64,000 nucleotides of DNA from Zootoca vivipara. Lineage: Eukaryota. The translations under genes and the position numbers were made by a program. The stretch lies in assembly GCF_963506605.1 (NCBI RefSeq), contig NC_083288.1:45694001-45758000 (forward strand), given 5' to 3'. Numbering within the stretch: the first letter of the stretch is position 1; each line of letters begins with the position of its first letter. The notes under the pieces were generated by a model. The model was given only the letters and a program-made list of their open reading frames with translations, had not been told where the DNA came from and did no database searches. Positions 25,501-37,989 of this stretch are shown in pieces.

Positions 25501-26655
25501 GCTAACGTAGGGGCCCTTAACTACCAGCAAGTCCAATTGTTGCTTTCGCCCTCGATATTGCACCCTGAAGGTCCCCACCCCCATAGTAGGGACCTTACGT
25601 TTCTGGAAGTCCCGGAGGGTGAATGGGGCCGGCCTTAGTTTGGGACCCCCATTAGGGCACAGTTCCCTTAATGTTCGGGCCGAGATTATGGATAGAGTTG
25701 AACCCGTGTCCAGCTCCATGCGGCATGGGGCTCCCTCTATCTGTACCTCTATATAAATTTTCTCTGTGCTGGGATGGGGCAACTGGAATACCTGGTAGTC
25801 CGTGATCTCCGTCGAGTTGCCTTGGTGCATGGTGCCGTGTGACCTGGGGCTCCTGGGTCGGTCATCTGATGCTTGTCGACGGGTGAGTCGAGCCCGACAC
25901 ACCCGGGCGATGTGTCCCAATTTTCTGCACTGCCTGCACTCTGCGTTGCGGAAACGACAGGTCCTCCTCTCGTGGTTCTCCCCGCAGCTTGCACAGTTCC
26001 CTCCTTCTCGTCGAGGCTGCTGTGGTGTGTGTGCTGCTTGAGTGCGCCGCTGTACTCGGTGTACTTCCTCCCTGTCAGATTCGGATTCGTCGGTGAGGTC
26101 TTCGTGGTAGACCCTCGGTTGGGATGGCGGGGCCGGTCGTGCCTCTTGCGTTGACCTCTCGGCGGCTTCGGTTGCCAGGGCTTCCTCCAGAGCAATCTGG
26201 AACGTGAGGTCTTTTTTGGCGTAGAGGCGTCGTTGCAACATCTCGTCCCTCAGGCCACCGACGAGGCGGTCACGAAGCATGTTCTCCAATTCTGAGAAGT
26301 TGCATAACCGGGCGGCTTGGCGGAGGGAGGTCACAAACCCAGTTATGGTTTCCCCCAGGGCTTGCCGCTTTGCGTAGAAGGCGTTTCGGCAAGCTACCAC
26401 CGAGGGCTGTGGTGAGAAGTGCTCCTTCAGCCGTTCCATTATTGTTTTGTAAGAGACGGTAGCGACATCTCTAGGTGCAAGGAGAGCCCGGGCGATTTCA
26501 AACGTCTCCTCTCCACAGACGCTGAAGAATGTCGCCCTCTTCATGGCATCGTTGGTGACTTCTTTCGCTTGCAGGAGGAAGTTGAAACGGGCGGCGTACC
26601 CTTCCCAGTCTCCTGATGCTGGTTTGAATGGTGAGAAGCTGCTGTCGGTTGCCAT
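22585..26655 (-). CDS. Gag-Pol polyprotein (2 zinc knuckles, protease, RT, RNase H, integrase), 1356 aa
   Basis: CX2CX3HX4C and CX2CX4HX4C, LDTGS, FFDD, CDAS..TDH, HHCC and D-D-E; PR-RT-RH-IN order. Confidence 0.97.
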   Translation of the reverse strand: MATDSSFSPFKPASGDWEGYAARFNFLLQAKEVTNDAMKRATFFSVCGEETFEIARALLAPRDVATVSYKTIMERLKEHFSPQPSVVACRNAFYAKRQALGETITGFVTSLRQAARLCNFSELENMLRDRLVGGLRDEMLQRRLYAKKDLTFQIALEEALATEAAERSTQEARPAPPSQPRVYHEDLTDESESDREEVHRVQRRTQAAHTPQQPRREGGNCASCGENHERRTCRFRNAECRQCRKLGHIARVCRARLTRRQASDDRPRSPRSHGTMHQGNSTEITDYQVFQLPHPSTEKIYIEVQIEGAPCRMELDTGSTLSIISARTLRELCPNGGPKLRPAPFTLRDFQKRKVPTMGVGTFRVQYRGRKQQLDLLVVKGPYVSLLGLAWFGPLGLAVTGVNRTSLQVDVDAICKEFPGVFDGALGRYTGPPIALQLDPAVRPIRHKARRVPFALKPRIDEELDRLVEQGVLEPVPNAPWETPIVTPVKPNGSVRICADYKCTINKALTAHAYPVPVVSHVLATLAGSKIFGKLDLAQAYQQLPVDEATAEAQTIVTHRGAFRVKRLQFGVSVAPGIFQNLMDSLLKGIPGVTPFFDDVLIAGPTPEEFEDRLRSVLHRFQTAGLKVKREKCLLGVPQVDFLGFKVDAEGVHPTGDKVRAICEAPAPKSKPELQSFLGLLNFYHAFLPHKAAVAEPLHRLLDKRAPWVWGQRQRAAFQAVKDLLVSNSVLAHFDERLPVVLACDASPYGIGAVLGHQLPDGREVPVAYFSQTLAAAERNYSQIDKEGLAIVKGVKKFHDFLYGRPFTIVTDHKPLLGLFAPEKQTPQVLSPRVLRWSIFLAGYQYALIHRPGKAMGHADALSRLPLPETGPDPAPAQEVMTLELLPDRPIQAQEVAHHSTKDRVISRVLDWVWRGWPSSSPGPEFAGYTNRKHELSAHKGCLLWGSRVVVPQPLRKRVLTALHETHPGVVRMKALARSYVWWPGIDREIEAWVQHCQTCQESRPDPPRAPVQPWESARHPWSRLHVDFAGPFQGKTFFIVVDSYTKWLEVALVPSTSTAAAIRVLRKLFATHGLPDTLVSDNGTAFTSEEFQTFTAQNAIRHIRSAPFHPATNGQAERMVRTTKDSLRRMTQGDWEYRLAAFLLAQHSTPSTTTGRSPAELLMGRRLATRLDRLHPDRAQDEVVVGKGRNPRTFVAQDPVYAKNFGAGPAWVPATVTKVTGPVSYEVLTEGGQCWRRHCDQLRRRFPGGTREESGTEGSQGDSRAVRPVEREGWAGEAEAVGTEGRPEAGRTPEPELQPSGSVAPDQTALAQPAASEHEPEPEPLTKEHPRPQRTRRRPADLGDYECNFPGRTGT

Positions 26656-26783
26656 TCTGGGTTCCTTGGGTCCTGGAGCTGAAGCCTGGATGCACGGTGC
26701 GATGCAGCGGTGCAGCAGGTGGCGGTGCTGCGGTGCAGTGCGTGATGGCGGTCAGCTCAGCAGGATCCCACCTTCGTCGCCAG

Positions 26784-27159
26784 TGAAATATACTCGGAGT
26801 CAAGAGTGAATTTCATGCTCTTTATTCAGCTCATAGTCATCAAGGAGGAGAAGAGAAGACGAATGGCTCTTTTCCCCAAACCATCTGCTTATATACATTA
26901 TTTACACAATGGGCCTTGCGTGATTGGCTACTTCAGGGCTACACCTGTGGGCCAATTATATTATGGATTGACTTCTGCCTGCAGCCTGATTGGCTGCTCC
27001 TACAGGCCAATCAGGTAGCAGATTCACTTCTGCCAGCCGCCTGATTGGCTGCTCCAGCAGGCCAATCAGGTTGCGGATTCACTTCCACCTGGAGTTGGAT
27101 TGGGTAGCTCCCGCTGATTCTGAATCCTATTGTTCTAGGATTCAGCTCAGTACATAACA
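26784..27159 (-). repeat. 5' LTR of Gypsy copy 1
   Basis: Identical to 22199-22574; followed on the minus strand by the PBS (26765-26782). Confidence 0.95.
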
Positions 27160-27985
27160 GGCTTCCACACTTTCATTTTGAAAATCCACAATTAAATAAC
27201 AGCGATCTCACTCACCCCTAAGTGTTTTTGCTGTATATCTTCCATTCTCTGTTTTAGAGACGTTTTGGATGGGGATAAATGATTCAAATACAGGTTTTTG
27301 CTAAAATGTTTGAATGTTACTGTTTGTACAGTCAGTTTGTAACAAGCTGTCCTTATTGACAGCTTGACCAAAATATACATTCTCTTCTATCAAGGACAGC
27401 TTTCGTTGGGGGTCATTTATTCAGTTTCGTCTTCCAATCAATTGATTGTTCCATTTGTCCACTTTCTAACAATAAACACTTGTCCAAATCTCTGAACATG
27501 ACTTAGAATATATTTTATTAAGTATTTCTCAGGACACAGGAGTCTTCATGTTTCCCAAGGGACATGGGCAACTTCCATTAATGCAGAGTTCTCCCATGGC
27601 TATTAACAAGTTTCAGAAAGTTTTCTGCAGGTTGAACTTTGCAAAATCACACGAGAAAGGCAAATGGGAAATTGGATTATTCATCTACTGAATACCCATT
27701 TGGGGAATTTCAAGACTTCCTTAATACAGGCCAATTAATACTTTAGAATAGCTTTCCCAGATCTAGCTCCCTTGGCTATGTCTCCCATTATCCCTGTTCA
27801 TCAGCCATGAAGACTGGGGCTGTTGAAAGTTGTAGTGCAAAACATCTGGAAAGCACCTGTTTGTTGAGTTAGATGATTTAGATGAATAAAGAACAAACAA
27901 TAATTACTGATGGTAATTTCCTCATTGATGAAATAGAAGATTTATGGAAGACTTATGGAAGCAGTGTTTGGTCAGAAATTGCTGA

Positions 27986-27986
<1 letters not shown>

Positions 27987-28036
<50 letters not shown>

Positions 28037-28460
28037 TTATACCCCGCTCATCTGGCTGGGTTTCCCCAGCCACTCTGGGCGGCTTCCAACAGAAATATTA
28101 AAATACTATAATTTATTAAACATTAAAAAGCTTCCCTAAACAGGGCTGCCTTCAGATGTCCTCTAAACATCTGGTAATTGTTTTTCTCTTTGACATCTGG
28201 TGGGAGGGCATTTCACAGGGCGGGTGCCGCTACCGAGAAGGTCCTCTGCCTGGTTCCCTGTAACTTGGCTTCTCACAGCGAGGGAACCGCCAGAAGGCCC
28301 TCGGCACTGGACCTCAGTGTCCGGGCAGAACACAATGGAGGTGGAGACGCTCCTTCAGGGATTCTGGGCCGAGGCCATTTAGGGCTTTAAAGGTCAGCAC
28401 CAACTCTTTGAATTGTGCTCGGAAATGTCCTGGGAGCCTGGGAGCCTTCAAAGGTAGCCC
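27987..28460 (-). mobile_element. L2 LINE 3' fragment with (TTA)n tail
   Basis: (TTA)n at 27987-28036; peptide [20 protein letters not shown]. Confidence 0.8.
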
Positions 28461-28929
28461 CAGTGTCCAGATTTTCACTTTTTCAAATATGGCAACCCTA
28501 ATGAAAAGGGGCATTTTGGGGGCATGGTGGGACCAGAGAGAAGGGGACGTTTTCCACCATTGCTGTTTCTATCCACCAGCCCCTGAGTTAATTAGTAGCA
28601 ATCAGGTTTAGTTTTCAGGGCTATTGTCGCTTTTTATAAAAACAATCCATAGGTCATGATTAAATAAAAGTGTCACCTTCGTGATTTAATAAGGATCTTT
28701 CAACAAATTATGTTGTCCCACAATTCTATTCAACAAGAAGCAACAATTGAAGAATTTGGGATGCATAAACACACATATTATTTAATCAGTTTACATACAT
28801 TTGCACTGTACAGTTCAAGTCTAAAAGGTTTTTCACATCATACAAAAATATAAAAACAGATTTAAAACAAATGTCATTACTTTACAGCTTGAAATAATAG
28901 AAGATTAGTAATTCTCAGTGTTAAAACTA

Positions 28930-29175
28930 CAGTGGTACCTCGACTTACGAAGACGATCCGTTCCGCGGCCGTCTTCGTAAGTCAAAGTCTTCGGTAGTTG
29001 AAGCGCTGCTTCTGCGCATTCGCGAAGCACAATTTTGTGCTTCTGCGCATGCGCCGGCCGTGCGCGCCGCTTTGCGCAGGAGCAGGGCGCACGGGGCGAA
29101 AAGACTTCCGGGGTTGTCGACTTCGGAAGTCAAAACCTTCGGAAGTCGAATCGTTCGGTTGTCAAGGTACCACTG
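28930..29175. mobile_element. Tc1/mariner-type MITE, CpG-rich (young)
   Basis: TA-CAGTGGTACCT...AGGTACCACTG-TA. Confidence 0.8.
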
Positions 29176-29283
29176 TACTTGAAGCCTTCACTTGGTAACA
29201 TGAACCAAACATCAGAATATTGGTGTGGGACTGAAATTCTAAGGAGATCTTGATTAATGTTTTAAGTGTTTATTTCTTTGTTT

Positions 29284-29638
29284 AAGGTAAAGGTAAAAGG
29301 GACCCCTGACCACTAGGTCCAGTCGTGACCGACTCTGGGGTTGCGCGCTCATCTCGCATTATTGGCCGATGGAGCCGGTGTATAGCTTCCGGTCATGTGG
29401 CCAGCATGACAAAGCCGCTTCTGGCAAACCAGAGCAGCACATGGAAACACCGTTTACCTTCCCACTGTAGCGGTTCCTATTTATCTACTTGCATTTTGAC
29501 GTGCTTTCGAACTGCTAGGTTGGCAGGAGCTGGGACCAAACAACGGGAGCTCACCCCGTCACAGGGATTCGAACCGCCGACCTTCTGATCAGCAAGCCCT
29601 AGGCTCAGTGGTTTAACCACAGCGCCACCTGGGTCCCC
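29284..29638 (-). mobile_element. Sauria SINE
   Basis: Reverse complement of consensus. Confidence 0.9.
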
Positions 29639-30296
29639 TATTTCTTTGTTTAGGGCAGCCTTATTCTAGCCCTAGTGAGCAAGCTGGCTGCTAAATTCTG
29701 CACCAGCTGAAGTTTTTGAGCTGTCTTCAAAGGCAGTTGTGCATGTAATGTATAGCAGTAATCTAACCTAGAGGCTTCCAGAGTAGACAATAGAAGTTAG
29801 GCTGGGCCACCAGGTGAGGCTGATGGAAGGCACTCCAAGCCACTGAGGCTACCTGAGTCTCAAGCAACAGCAATACGGTGGATCCAGGAGTACAGCCAAG
29901 CAGAATGCTACTTCTGCTTAGAGTACACCCACTGAAGTTAATGAATCTAAGTTAGTCATTTTCATTAACCTCAGTAGGTCTCCTCTTAGTAGAACTAGCC
30001 TTGGATACAACCCAATAATAACAATGACACAACCATTGGCAATCATACTTAGTAATAACTGTAATATGGATGGCATTAGTGAAAGCTCCATACTGTAGCA
30101 AAATCTAATATAATATTACCATTATGGTGCAATATATTTTTGAACATACCCTACAGTGTGCCTTTAACACTAAGGTGAGATTTCATTTGTCCCTTGCATT
30201 GCACTCACCATCCATGTCAAATACTAACGTCTCGATTTTCAGGATTCTCACAAGACAACTTTTACCAACCAGTTTTCCGAAGCACATTTTAAAAAA

Positions 30297-31244
30297 TCAT
30301 TTTTTTTCCAGGGCCGCACTCTTTTTATGGATAGCATTCCTGACAGCAGCTTTCACGTCTGCATTCCTTATTGTATATATGAAAGGATTTAGCATTGGAA
30401 TGAGGACCGTGTTCAAGACGGCTACTACTCGGCTCAGGCGAGACTGGGCAAGGACATCGGACCTGACATAAATGAAGATCAAGGCTCCATACAGTATAGA
30501 AACAACCATCAGGTGAGATGTACAGGTGGAGAACGCCTTCTTGCGACCCCTGACTGAAGGTATCCGAAGGATAGAGGAAATGATGAAGATGTAGGACACT
30601 GTGTTGAAGATCAAGGTCATGACGACAAACACAATGGAACTGATAAATCCCAGTAATTGACTGACCCTGGTGTCAGAACAGGCTAGTTTTAACAAGGGAC
30701 CAAAATCACAATAGAAGTGGTCAATGATATTGGACTTGCAGTAAGGCAACGTCCACATAATAGCACACTGAAGAAACATAATTATGAATGATCCATACCA
30801 CGTAGCCAAGGACATCTGAATACAAACATTCTTGGTCATAATCATGGGGTACTGAAGAGGCTTGCATATGGCCAAATAGCGGTCAAAGGACATCACCGTG
30901 AGGATTAAAAGCTCCGTACCGCCAAAAGTAAAATGGAACAGGTTCTGAGTCATGCAGCAATAGAAACAAATAGTGGTCTGTGCTTTTATTAGTGTTTGTA
31001 GTAACTTAGGGACAACTGTTGTGGAGTAGCAGATCTCCAGAAAAGCAAGATTGCTCAGGAATTTGTACATCGGTGTCTGAAGCTTTTGTTCAATGACTAC
31101 AATGATGGGGATGAACCCATTCCCTAGAATAGTTATGATGTACATGCATAAACCTACTACAAAGAAGATACTGTGTAGCTCATGGAAGAAAGGAATCCCC
31201 AGGAGAATAAATTCATCTACCGTTGAGGTATTTGATATGGTCAT
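30297..31244 (-). CDS. Olfactory receptor, family 6 (OR6X-like paralog), 315 aa
   Basis: LQTPMYKFLSNL, MSFDRYLAICKPLQY, KAFSTCTSH, PMLNPFIY; ATG at 31244. Confidence 0.92.
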   Translation of the reverse strand: MTISNTSTVDEFILLGIPFFHELHSIFFVVGLCMYIITILGNGFIPIIVVIEQKLQTPMYKFLSNLAFLEICYSTTVVPKLLQTLIKAQTTICFYCCMTQNLFHFTFGGTELLILTVMSFDRYLAICKPLQYPMIMTKNVCIQMSLATWYGSFIIMFLQCAIMWTLPYCKSNIIDHFYCDFGPLLKLACSDTRVSQLLGFISSIVFVVMTLIFNTVSYIFIISSILRIPSVRGRKKAFSTCTSHLMVVSILYGALIFIYVRSDVLAQSRLSRVVAVLNTVLIPMLNPFIYTIRNADVKAAVRNAIHKKSAALEKK

Positions 31245-32372
31245 CACAGCAGAACAACTCCAATAATCCTCTGAGGTGGTTCAAAGTATGTCCAAAACTT
31301 CACACATACGGTAATGTTTTCCCCCCAGATTGACAGAACTCAACTGGCCTAGGCTGCAAAAGAAGAAAAATGGAAAGCCATGTGAAAAGTCAAAAATAGT
31401 AAACTATGGAGTAAATAGCAATTCATCCTGAATATAATAAGCAGAAACACTGAAGGAAAATAAACTTACCATTAATGAAGATAGTTCCTTGTGAAGTTTT
31501 GTTTTAAAGTTCTGCATTACATTTACACCATCAGCTAAGAAATCCTCTATCATTTTCCCTGGTTATTCAAAGATAGCTCATGGTGGTAGCTTCTTTTTCA
31601 TGCTGTTGGAAGTCTCTAGTAGTGCATAACACTTTATGAATAACCAGGACAGTATATGCAATATATTAAAAATGCCACTACTTATTTTTAAAAGATTTAT
31701 TACATGTCTATTCCAATAGTGAGAAATAATGTCTCATGATTCTGGAGAGGAAAGCAATTGAGAGATACATAATAAAGGTAAGTCTTCAACACATTCAACA
31801 GGATGAAACTCTGTAAGAATAACAACAACAAAATAACACCCGCTGTGATGCCTCTTGTCTTTTTTAGACCCCATCTTGCACCTATTTTCACCATCACATG
31901 ACAAAGTTGTGTTCTACATGAATGCGTCTACTGCATTTAATTGCTATGATAACTCAATGTTTATCCTTACTACAGTTCCACAGGACTAGAGAATCTTCAT
32001 TAGAAAGGATGGCTCTTGAGCGGGTCATTTATTTTCTTTGATCTTCCAAGAAACCAATTTGTCCATGTGCCAAGTATTTCTCATGAGAGGCTATTTTGTC
32101 AAGTCTCTCAACATAATATAACACATAGTTTTGTAGGATATGCATGATTTCTCATGAGAATGATGTCCAAGGGGGAAGGGTTGTCTCATGAGTATTAATC
32201 TAGATAAAACTGGAGTTATGTAGAGTTTTCTCTAGAAAAAAATTATGTAAGACAGAGGCCTGGTGAAGTTGGACTGTGTGTGCATGCGTGTGTTTCTGTA
32301 TACTTCAGATGGACAAATATCCATATTTGGAATCTCAGCTGTCTTAATAAACAACCACCTACAGTTTGACAT

Positions 32373-32727
32373 GGAGACCCAGGTGGCGCTGTGGTTAAAC
32401 CACTGAGCCTAGGGCTTGCCGATCAAAAGGTCGGTGGTTCGAATCCCTGTGACGGGGTGAGCTCCCGTTGCTTGGTCCCAGCTCCTGCCAACCTAGCAGT
32501 TCAAAAGCACATCAAAGTGCAAGTAGATAAATAGGAACCGCTACAGCGGGAAGGTAAATGGCGTTTCCATGTGCTGCTCTGGTTTGCCAGAAGCGGCTTT
32601 GTCATGCTGGCCACATGACCTGGAAGCTATACGCCGGCTCCCTCGGCCAATAATGCAAGATGAGCGCGCAACCCCAGAGTCCGTCACGACTGGACCTAAT
32701 GGTCAGGGGTCCCTTTACCTTTACATT
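32373..32727 (+). mobile_element. Sauria SINE
   Basis: Full length; 13-bp TSD TACAGTTTGACAT. Confidence 0.92.
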
Positions 32728-33275
32728 TACAGTTTGACATAATATTCAAAATGCCTAAAATGTGAAGTTGGTTGGTTGGTTCATATAGAGTGTGCATGGT
32801 GGAGGAGAGAGTCCACAGCTGGTCAATATCTTTAGTAGACACAAGCAATATGTCACCAAGCTGTGAGAAGCATTTGAGTTCTCAACATCTTTTCATCAGA
32901 CAAGATGTTACACGAAGTGTCTGTTAGGGGAATTAAAAGAAATGTAGCTCTGCCCCAGCACACTGACTGCTACTGCTACTGATAACCCTAGTCTGAAACC
33001 CTGGAGAGCTGCAGCCAGTGTAGACAATACTGATCTCGATAGACCTGTGGTCTGACTCATTATAATGCATCTTCCAATGTCCCTATCAAACGTTTGATGG
33101 TTTAATAAGGGCCAGTAGACAAATCATGAATGCTACCTTCATTTTAATCTGATCCTTTCCCCCCTCTTTTTGGCAAGATTGTATGCCTGTTAAATATTAG
33201 ATCATACGAAATTCGCTGTAGTGCACAACTTACAGAGTTGGGCTATAGAAATATCAGTACAAGACTGCATCAGGG

Positions 33276-33276
<1 letters not shown>

Positions 33277-33308
<32 letters not shown>
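33277..33308. repeat. (TG)n microsatellite
   Basis: Read directly from the sequence. Confidence 0.9.
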
Positions 33309-33310
<2 letters not shown>

Positions 33311-34589
33311 TGTGGTCTTTCTTTTCTAAGATCTGGAAACACAGAATGATACGTAGGAAACATTGTTTTCAGAAGTGTATATGGACAACAAAAGGCCACA
33401 CTCGAGCAAAACTAAACACTTCATTGGTTTAAATGGGAGATATTCAAGAAGGGATTTAACTTCCCCATTGCAAAAATCAATCAATCAATCAATCAATCAA
33501 TTGCCTATTTTTGTAATCCTAGTTTTGTACACATTGTCCCTAACTCCTTGTTCATTGAACTCCTGCCAGGGGTGTAGGAGGATAGGGGCAGCGGGGGCGG
33601 TGTGCCCCGAGCAACGCAATCCCAGGGGTGCCATCGCTGCTGCCCACCCCACCCCCAAATGTGCACCCCGCCACTGCGCCCCCTGCCCCCAAATGTGTGC
33701 CACATCACTGGGGGCAGCTCGCCTGCTCTCCGCCCCCGGTGGCAGAGCATGAAGCTCCGCCGCTGACTCCCACTGCTAGTTTTTGAAACCGCATACATCA
33801 TGGCATTAGCCACAGTCCATATTGATTCTCTAGTTTCTTGAGCAATGCTGCTGTTTGATCCTCTTTTCTCTCTCTCAAATAAGCTTCAATCTGACTAGAA
33901 AACTTAAGCCATGTTCACATTGTACTTAAGTCAGGTGTGTACATTTGAAACAGCTCTTGTGCATCACTGGTGAGCATCTATGCGCAGAAGGCAGTTTCAT
34001 GAATAGGAGTTCCAGCGTGGGAGTGTATGAGTGTGTGTGTGGCAAAGGCAGAGAAACCAAACAGGCAATGCATGTTGGGTGAAGACATCTTCACTCCATC
34101 TCAGATGTGTACATGAAACTGCAGATTGAAAGAGACCTCGCTGTATTTTAAGCCTCTAATGTGTATATACTGAATACAGAGGGCCTCAGAGTACACATGC
34201 AATGGGTTGTTTTTATGTCTTTTTAAATTTAAAAGTCTATCCCACCTTTCTGCACTGAGTAGCCATCAGTGGCTTGCAGTAGTAACTGATAAATCCAATA
34301 GCAAAGCCACAAGTTTGAAGGAATTTAATGGTCTTCACTAAGTGACAAGTACACAAAGGTGCGAATCATTCCACAAATGAAAGGAAACTGCTTGGCATTT
34401 GTGCATGATGTAAAAAACTGACCTTAATAAATAATTAAAAACAACAACACACTGCCATTTTGAAAATTTACTGCAGCTCAAACCATGCCCACTCAGATCT
34501 TATTCACATGGAATGTACGGTAGTGAGGCTTGCTCCCAGGTCAATGGGGTTGGGATTGCAGCCTTAATATTGTATGTGCCCCAAATGCA

Positions 34590-34875
34590 CCATCCAGTGT
34601 CTGGGCAGAAAGATGGGGGTGGAAACGCTCCTTCAGGTATACTGGACCGAGGCCATTTAGGGCTTTAAAGGTCAGCACCAACACTTTGAATTGTGCTCGG
34701 AAACATACTGGGAGCCAATGTAGGTCTTTCAGGACCGGTGTTATGTGGTCTTGGCGGCCGCTCCCAGTCACCAGTCTAGCTGCCGCATTCTGGATTAACT
34801 GTAGTTTCCGAGTCACCTTCAAAGGTAGCCCCACATAAAGCGCATTGCAGTAGTCCAAGCGAGAGATAACTAGAG
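34590..34875 (-). mobile_element. L2 LINE ORF2 fragment
   Basis: [46 protein letters not shown]. Confidence 0.88.
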
Positions 34876-35029
34876 ATAACGAGAGATAAGTTCAATTGAG
34901 ATCAGTTGTACATATTCCCAGGTAAATGTGTTTAAATTGCTGCTCCAAAGGTGTTGCCCTCTAAAGTCCAAAAGGGTATTGCCAGTCCTTAACCTCTTTA
35001 AGCGGGAAGAAATGGCACACAAGCCTGAA

Positions 35030-35983
35030 TCAAGAAACCACCTCCTTAGAGCAAAATATCCTGCTTAGGGCTTCCCTCAAAACTTCTTTGACCTTCTCAT
35101 TCCTGAGGCTGTATATGAAAGGGTTCAAAAGAGGAGTCACCACTGTGGTCAGGATGGCAGCAACCTTGTCAAAAGCCAGAGAGTAGCTTTGATTTGGACG
35201 GACATACATGAAGATGGAACTCCCGTAAGCGATGGTCACCACAGTGATGTGAGAGGCGCAGGTGGAGAAGGCCTTTTGCCTCCCTTGGACAGATGGGATT
35301 TTCAGGATGGTGGAGATGATATAGCTGTAAGAGACCACAGTGAGCACCAAGGAGCTGAGGACCACCAAGGAAGACAGGAGGAAGTTAAGGAGCTCTATGA
35401 AGTGAGTGTCCACGCAGGCTACTTCCAGCAGAGGTGCAATGTCGCAAAAGAAGTGGTTGATGTTGCGTCGGCAGTACGGAAGTCTGGAGACGACAACTGT
35501 AGGGCAAAGAACTGATAGGAAAGCTCCTACCCAACAGCCCAGGACCAGAAGGAAGCACACATGTCCATTCATAATGATGGTGTACCTTAATGGATTGCAT
35601 ATGGCCACATACCGATCAAAGGACATGACCGCTAAGAGGATAAACTCCACCGTCCCCAGGAAGAAATAGAAATAGGTCTGGGTGATGCAGCCTGTGAACA
35701 AAATGGTTTTCTTTTCAGCCAGGAGGCTGGACAACATTTTGGGGGCAATCACGGTAGTGAATAGGATGTCAAGAAAAGACAAATTACTGAGGAAGAAATA
35801 CATAGGAGTGTGGAGTCGCAGGTCAGTCCATATTATGGAGAGGATGACCACGTTTCCCATGAGGGTGAGCAAGTATGTGAAAAGCAGGACCACAAAGCAG
35901 AGGATCTGAACCTCACGAAGGGCAGGGAAAGACAGGAAAACAAATTCCTTCACTGACGACTGGTTGTTGGTCTCCGGATCCAT
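35030..35983 (-). CDS. OR6M1: Olfactory receptor OR6M1-like, 317 aa from MDPETNNQS
   Basis: OR motifs; [58 protein letters not shown] and DKVAA match my recollection of human OR6M1; acceptor CATTGCAG upstream. Confidence 0.93.
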   Translation of the reverse strand: MDPETNNQSSVKEFVFLSFPALREVQILCFVVLLFTYLLTLMGNVVILSIIWTDLRLHTPMYFFLSNLSFLDILFTTVIAPKMLSSLLAEKKTILFTGCITQTYFYFFLGTVEFILLAVMSFDRYVAICNPLRYTIIMNGHVCFLLVLGCWVGAFLSVLCPTVVVSRLPYCRRNINHFFCDIAPLLEVACVDTHFIELLNFLLSSLVVLSSLVLTVVSYSYIISTILKIPSVQGRQKAFSTCASHITVVTIAYGSSIFMYVRPNQSYSLAFDKVAAILTTVVTPLLNPFIYSLRNEKVKEVLREALSRIFCSKEVVS

Positions 35984-36226
35984 TCTTTGCCCTCTGCAAT
36001 GGAACATATTTAAAAACAAAAGTTGATAAAGGTAGTTGCTCCCAGGAAAGCTCATGCACACACAAAATGTGTTAGTCTTCTAAGGCTTTTTAGCTTTTTC
36101 ATAGAAACATAGAAACATAGAGATGGAAGGGACCTTGCTGTTCATCTAGTCCTCCAAGCCCCTACAAAGCAGGAATCCTGCTCACAGCCATTCCTGGGTG
36201 GGCTCAAACCACCAACCTTCTGGTTA

Positions 36227-36590
36227 GGTAAAGGTAAAGGCGCCCCTGACCATCAAGTCCAGTCGTGTCCGACTCTAGGGTTGCGGCGCTCATCTCGCTC
36301 TATATGCCGAGGGAGCCGGCGTTTGTCCGCAGACAGCTTCTGGGTCATGTGGCCAGCATGACAAAGCTGCTTCTGGCGAACCAGAGCAGCACATGGAAAC
36401 GCCGTTTACCTTCCCACCGGAGCGGTCCCTATTTATCTACTTGCACTTTGATGTGCTTTTGAACTGCTAGGTGGGCAGGAGCTGGGACCAAACAATGGGA
36501 GCTCACCTCGTTGCAGGGATTCGAACTGCCAGCCTTCTGATCAGCAAGCCCTAGACTCTGTGGTTTAACCTACAGCGCCACCTGGGTCCC
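36227..36590 (-). mobile_element. Sauria SINE
   Basis: Reverse complement of consensus; TSD-like CCAACCTTCTGGTTA. Confidence 0.9.
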
Positions 36591-37989
36591 AACCTTCTGG
36601 TTAACAGGCAGTTTTTAGTGAATACTATTTAGAAAATAACTCACCTGACTGATGTTCAGGAAGACTGACATCCTACCAACCAGATGTGTCTCTCCTTGGC
36701 TTGTTGATTAATGGGATCAACTTCAAACCTAGTAAGTTATGATGACTGCATATAAATGAGTGCTCCTAACAAAAGATTGAGAGAAGCTTCTTGGAGTCCC
36801 ATAGATTCACAAATGGAAAGGGTGGAGAAGACAGGAAATCAGAGGGATGAACATCTTCCACCTTGTTAGATATTTTAAATGCTGCTATTTCTAAGTGTAG
36901 TGGAACCCCCTTTTACTTTCCCTCTGCTTTGGATCCTTTTCAATGGCTCTCATGTGACAGCAGGAGACACTTCTCTCTCACACACCCCAATATTTAATGG
37001 GAATTGGGTGTTCTATTAATGTTATTTTGCTACTGCTCAAAACTGGATGTTCAAATGCTTCCTTAATTTAACTTGAATTTATTTATAATTTATGTTATTG
37101 CTTTGCTTTTTTTTAAGTGTTGTGAAAACCCTCAGAATCTATGGTTAAAAGTCAGGTTATGAATGGATTGATAAATAGATACCAATAGGCTGGAAGAACA
37201 GGGGCATAAACAATAGGTTTTTGTTTTTTACAAATCAAATGACAAATAAATTTTAAGAAATAAAATAATTAAGTAGTACCAGGTTCCCTTAGATGTAGTT
37301 GGCTCTTCCAATTAAATTTGAAGCAAAAACATCCAGATAACTTTGAGGAACAACAGCTTTCAATGGAAATACTCTCCACCCTAAAAGTAACTAAGGATCT
37401 TGATTTTGAAGTACGGATAAGTTATCTCCAGTTAGTCAGTAATTATCACATATTGTGTTTAAGAGTTGATTTCTTGTCTAAGTTACTTCTCACTCTTCTT
37501 ATTCCTTGTCCATTCAGACAGAAACATCCACTCTCAGTGGTTTTGGAACTGTCAAGTACATCTTAGTGCAATTTCAGATTCTTCTCAAACCCAAGAGATT
37601 TTAAAACCTTAAGAGCTTCCATAATCATCAAGGGGCCAATTTGTGGATAATTTCTAGCTCTCAGAGCTTGTTCAATAGCATAAGTCTCCAAGATGGAAAT
37701 CGAGTGAAGACCTTCTCTGTTCCACAAAGCAGAAAATTAATGCAGAAATCAATCAACAAGGGCATGTTATCTGTGAAGGGACAACTCTTTTGAAGAAGAA
37801 AACAAACTCATCCAAAGTACTCCAGACAAAGTTAACTCTTTTGATGATTTATTTTTTATCTTATTTATTTCATAAAAATTGATATACCGTAAAGAAAAAA
37901 CCCCTCAAAGCAGTTAAAAGACTTTAGAGGATTACAGGACTTTCTTTGCAATCTCATTAGCACCCACTTTTTGCTTATCTTTGCCTATA

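Larger units (their letters stand above)
22199..27159 (-). mobile_element. Full-length Gypsy/Ty3 (Mag-clade) LTR retrotransposon, copy 1
   Basis: TG..CA LTRs of 376 bp (22199-22574, 26784-27159) identical by eye; 5-bp TSD GGCTT; PBS and PPT present; intact ORF. Confidence 0.97.
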
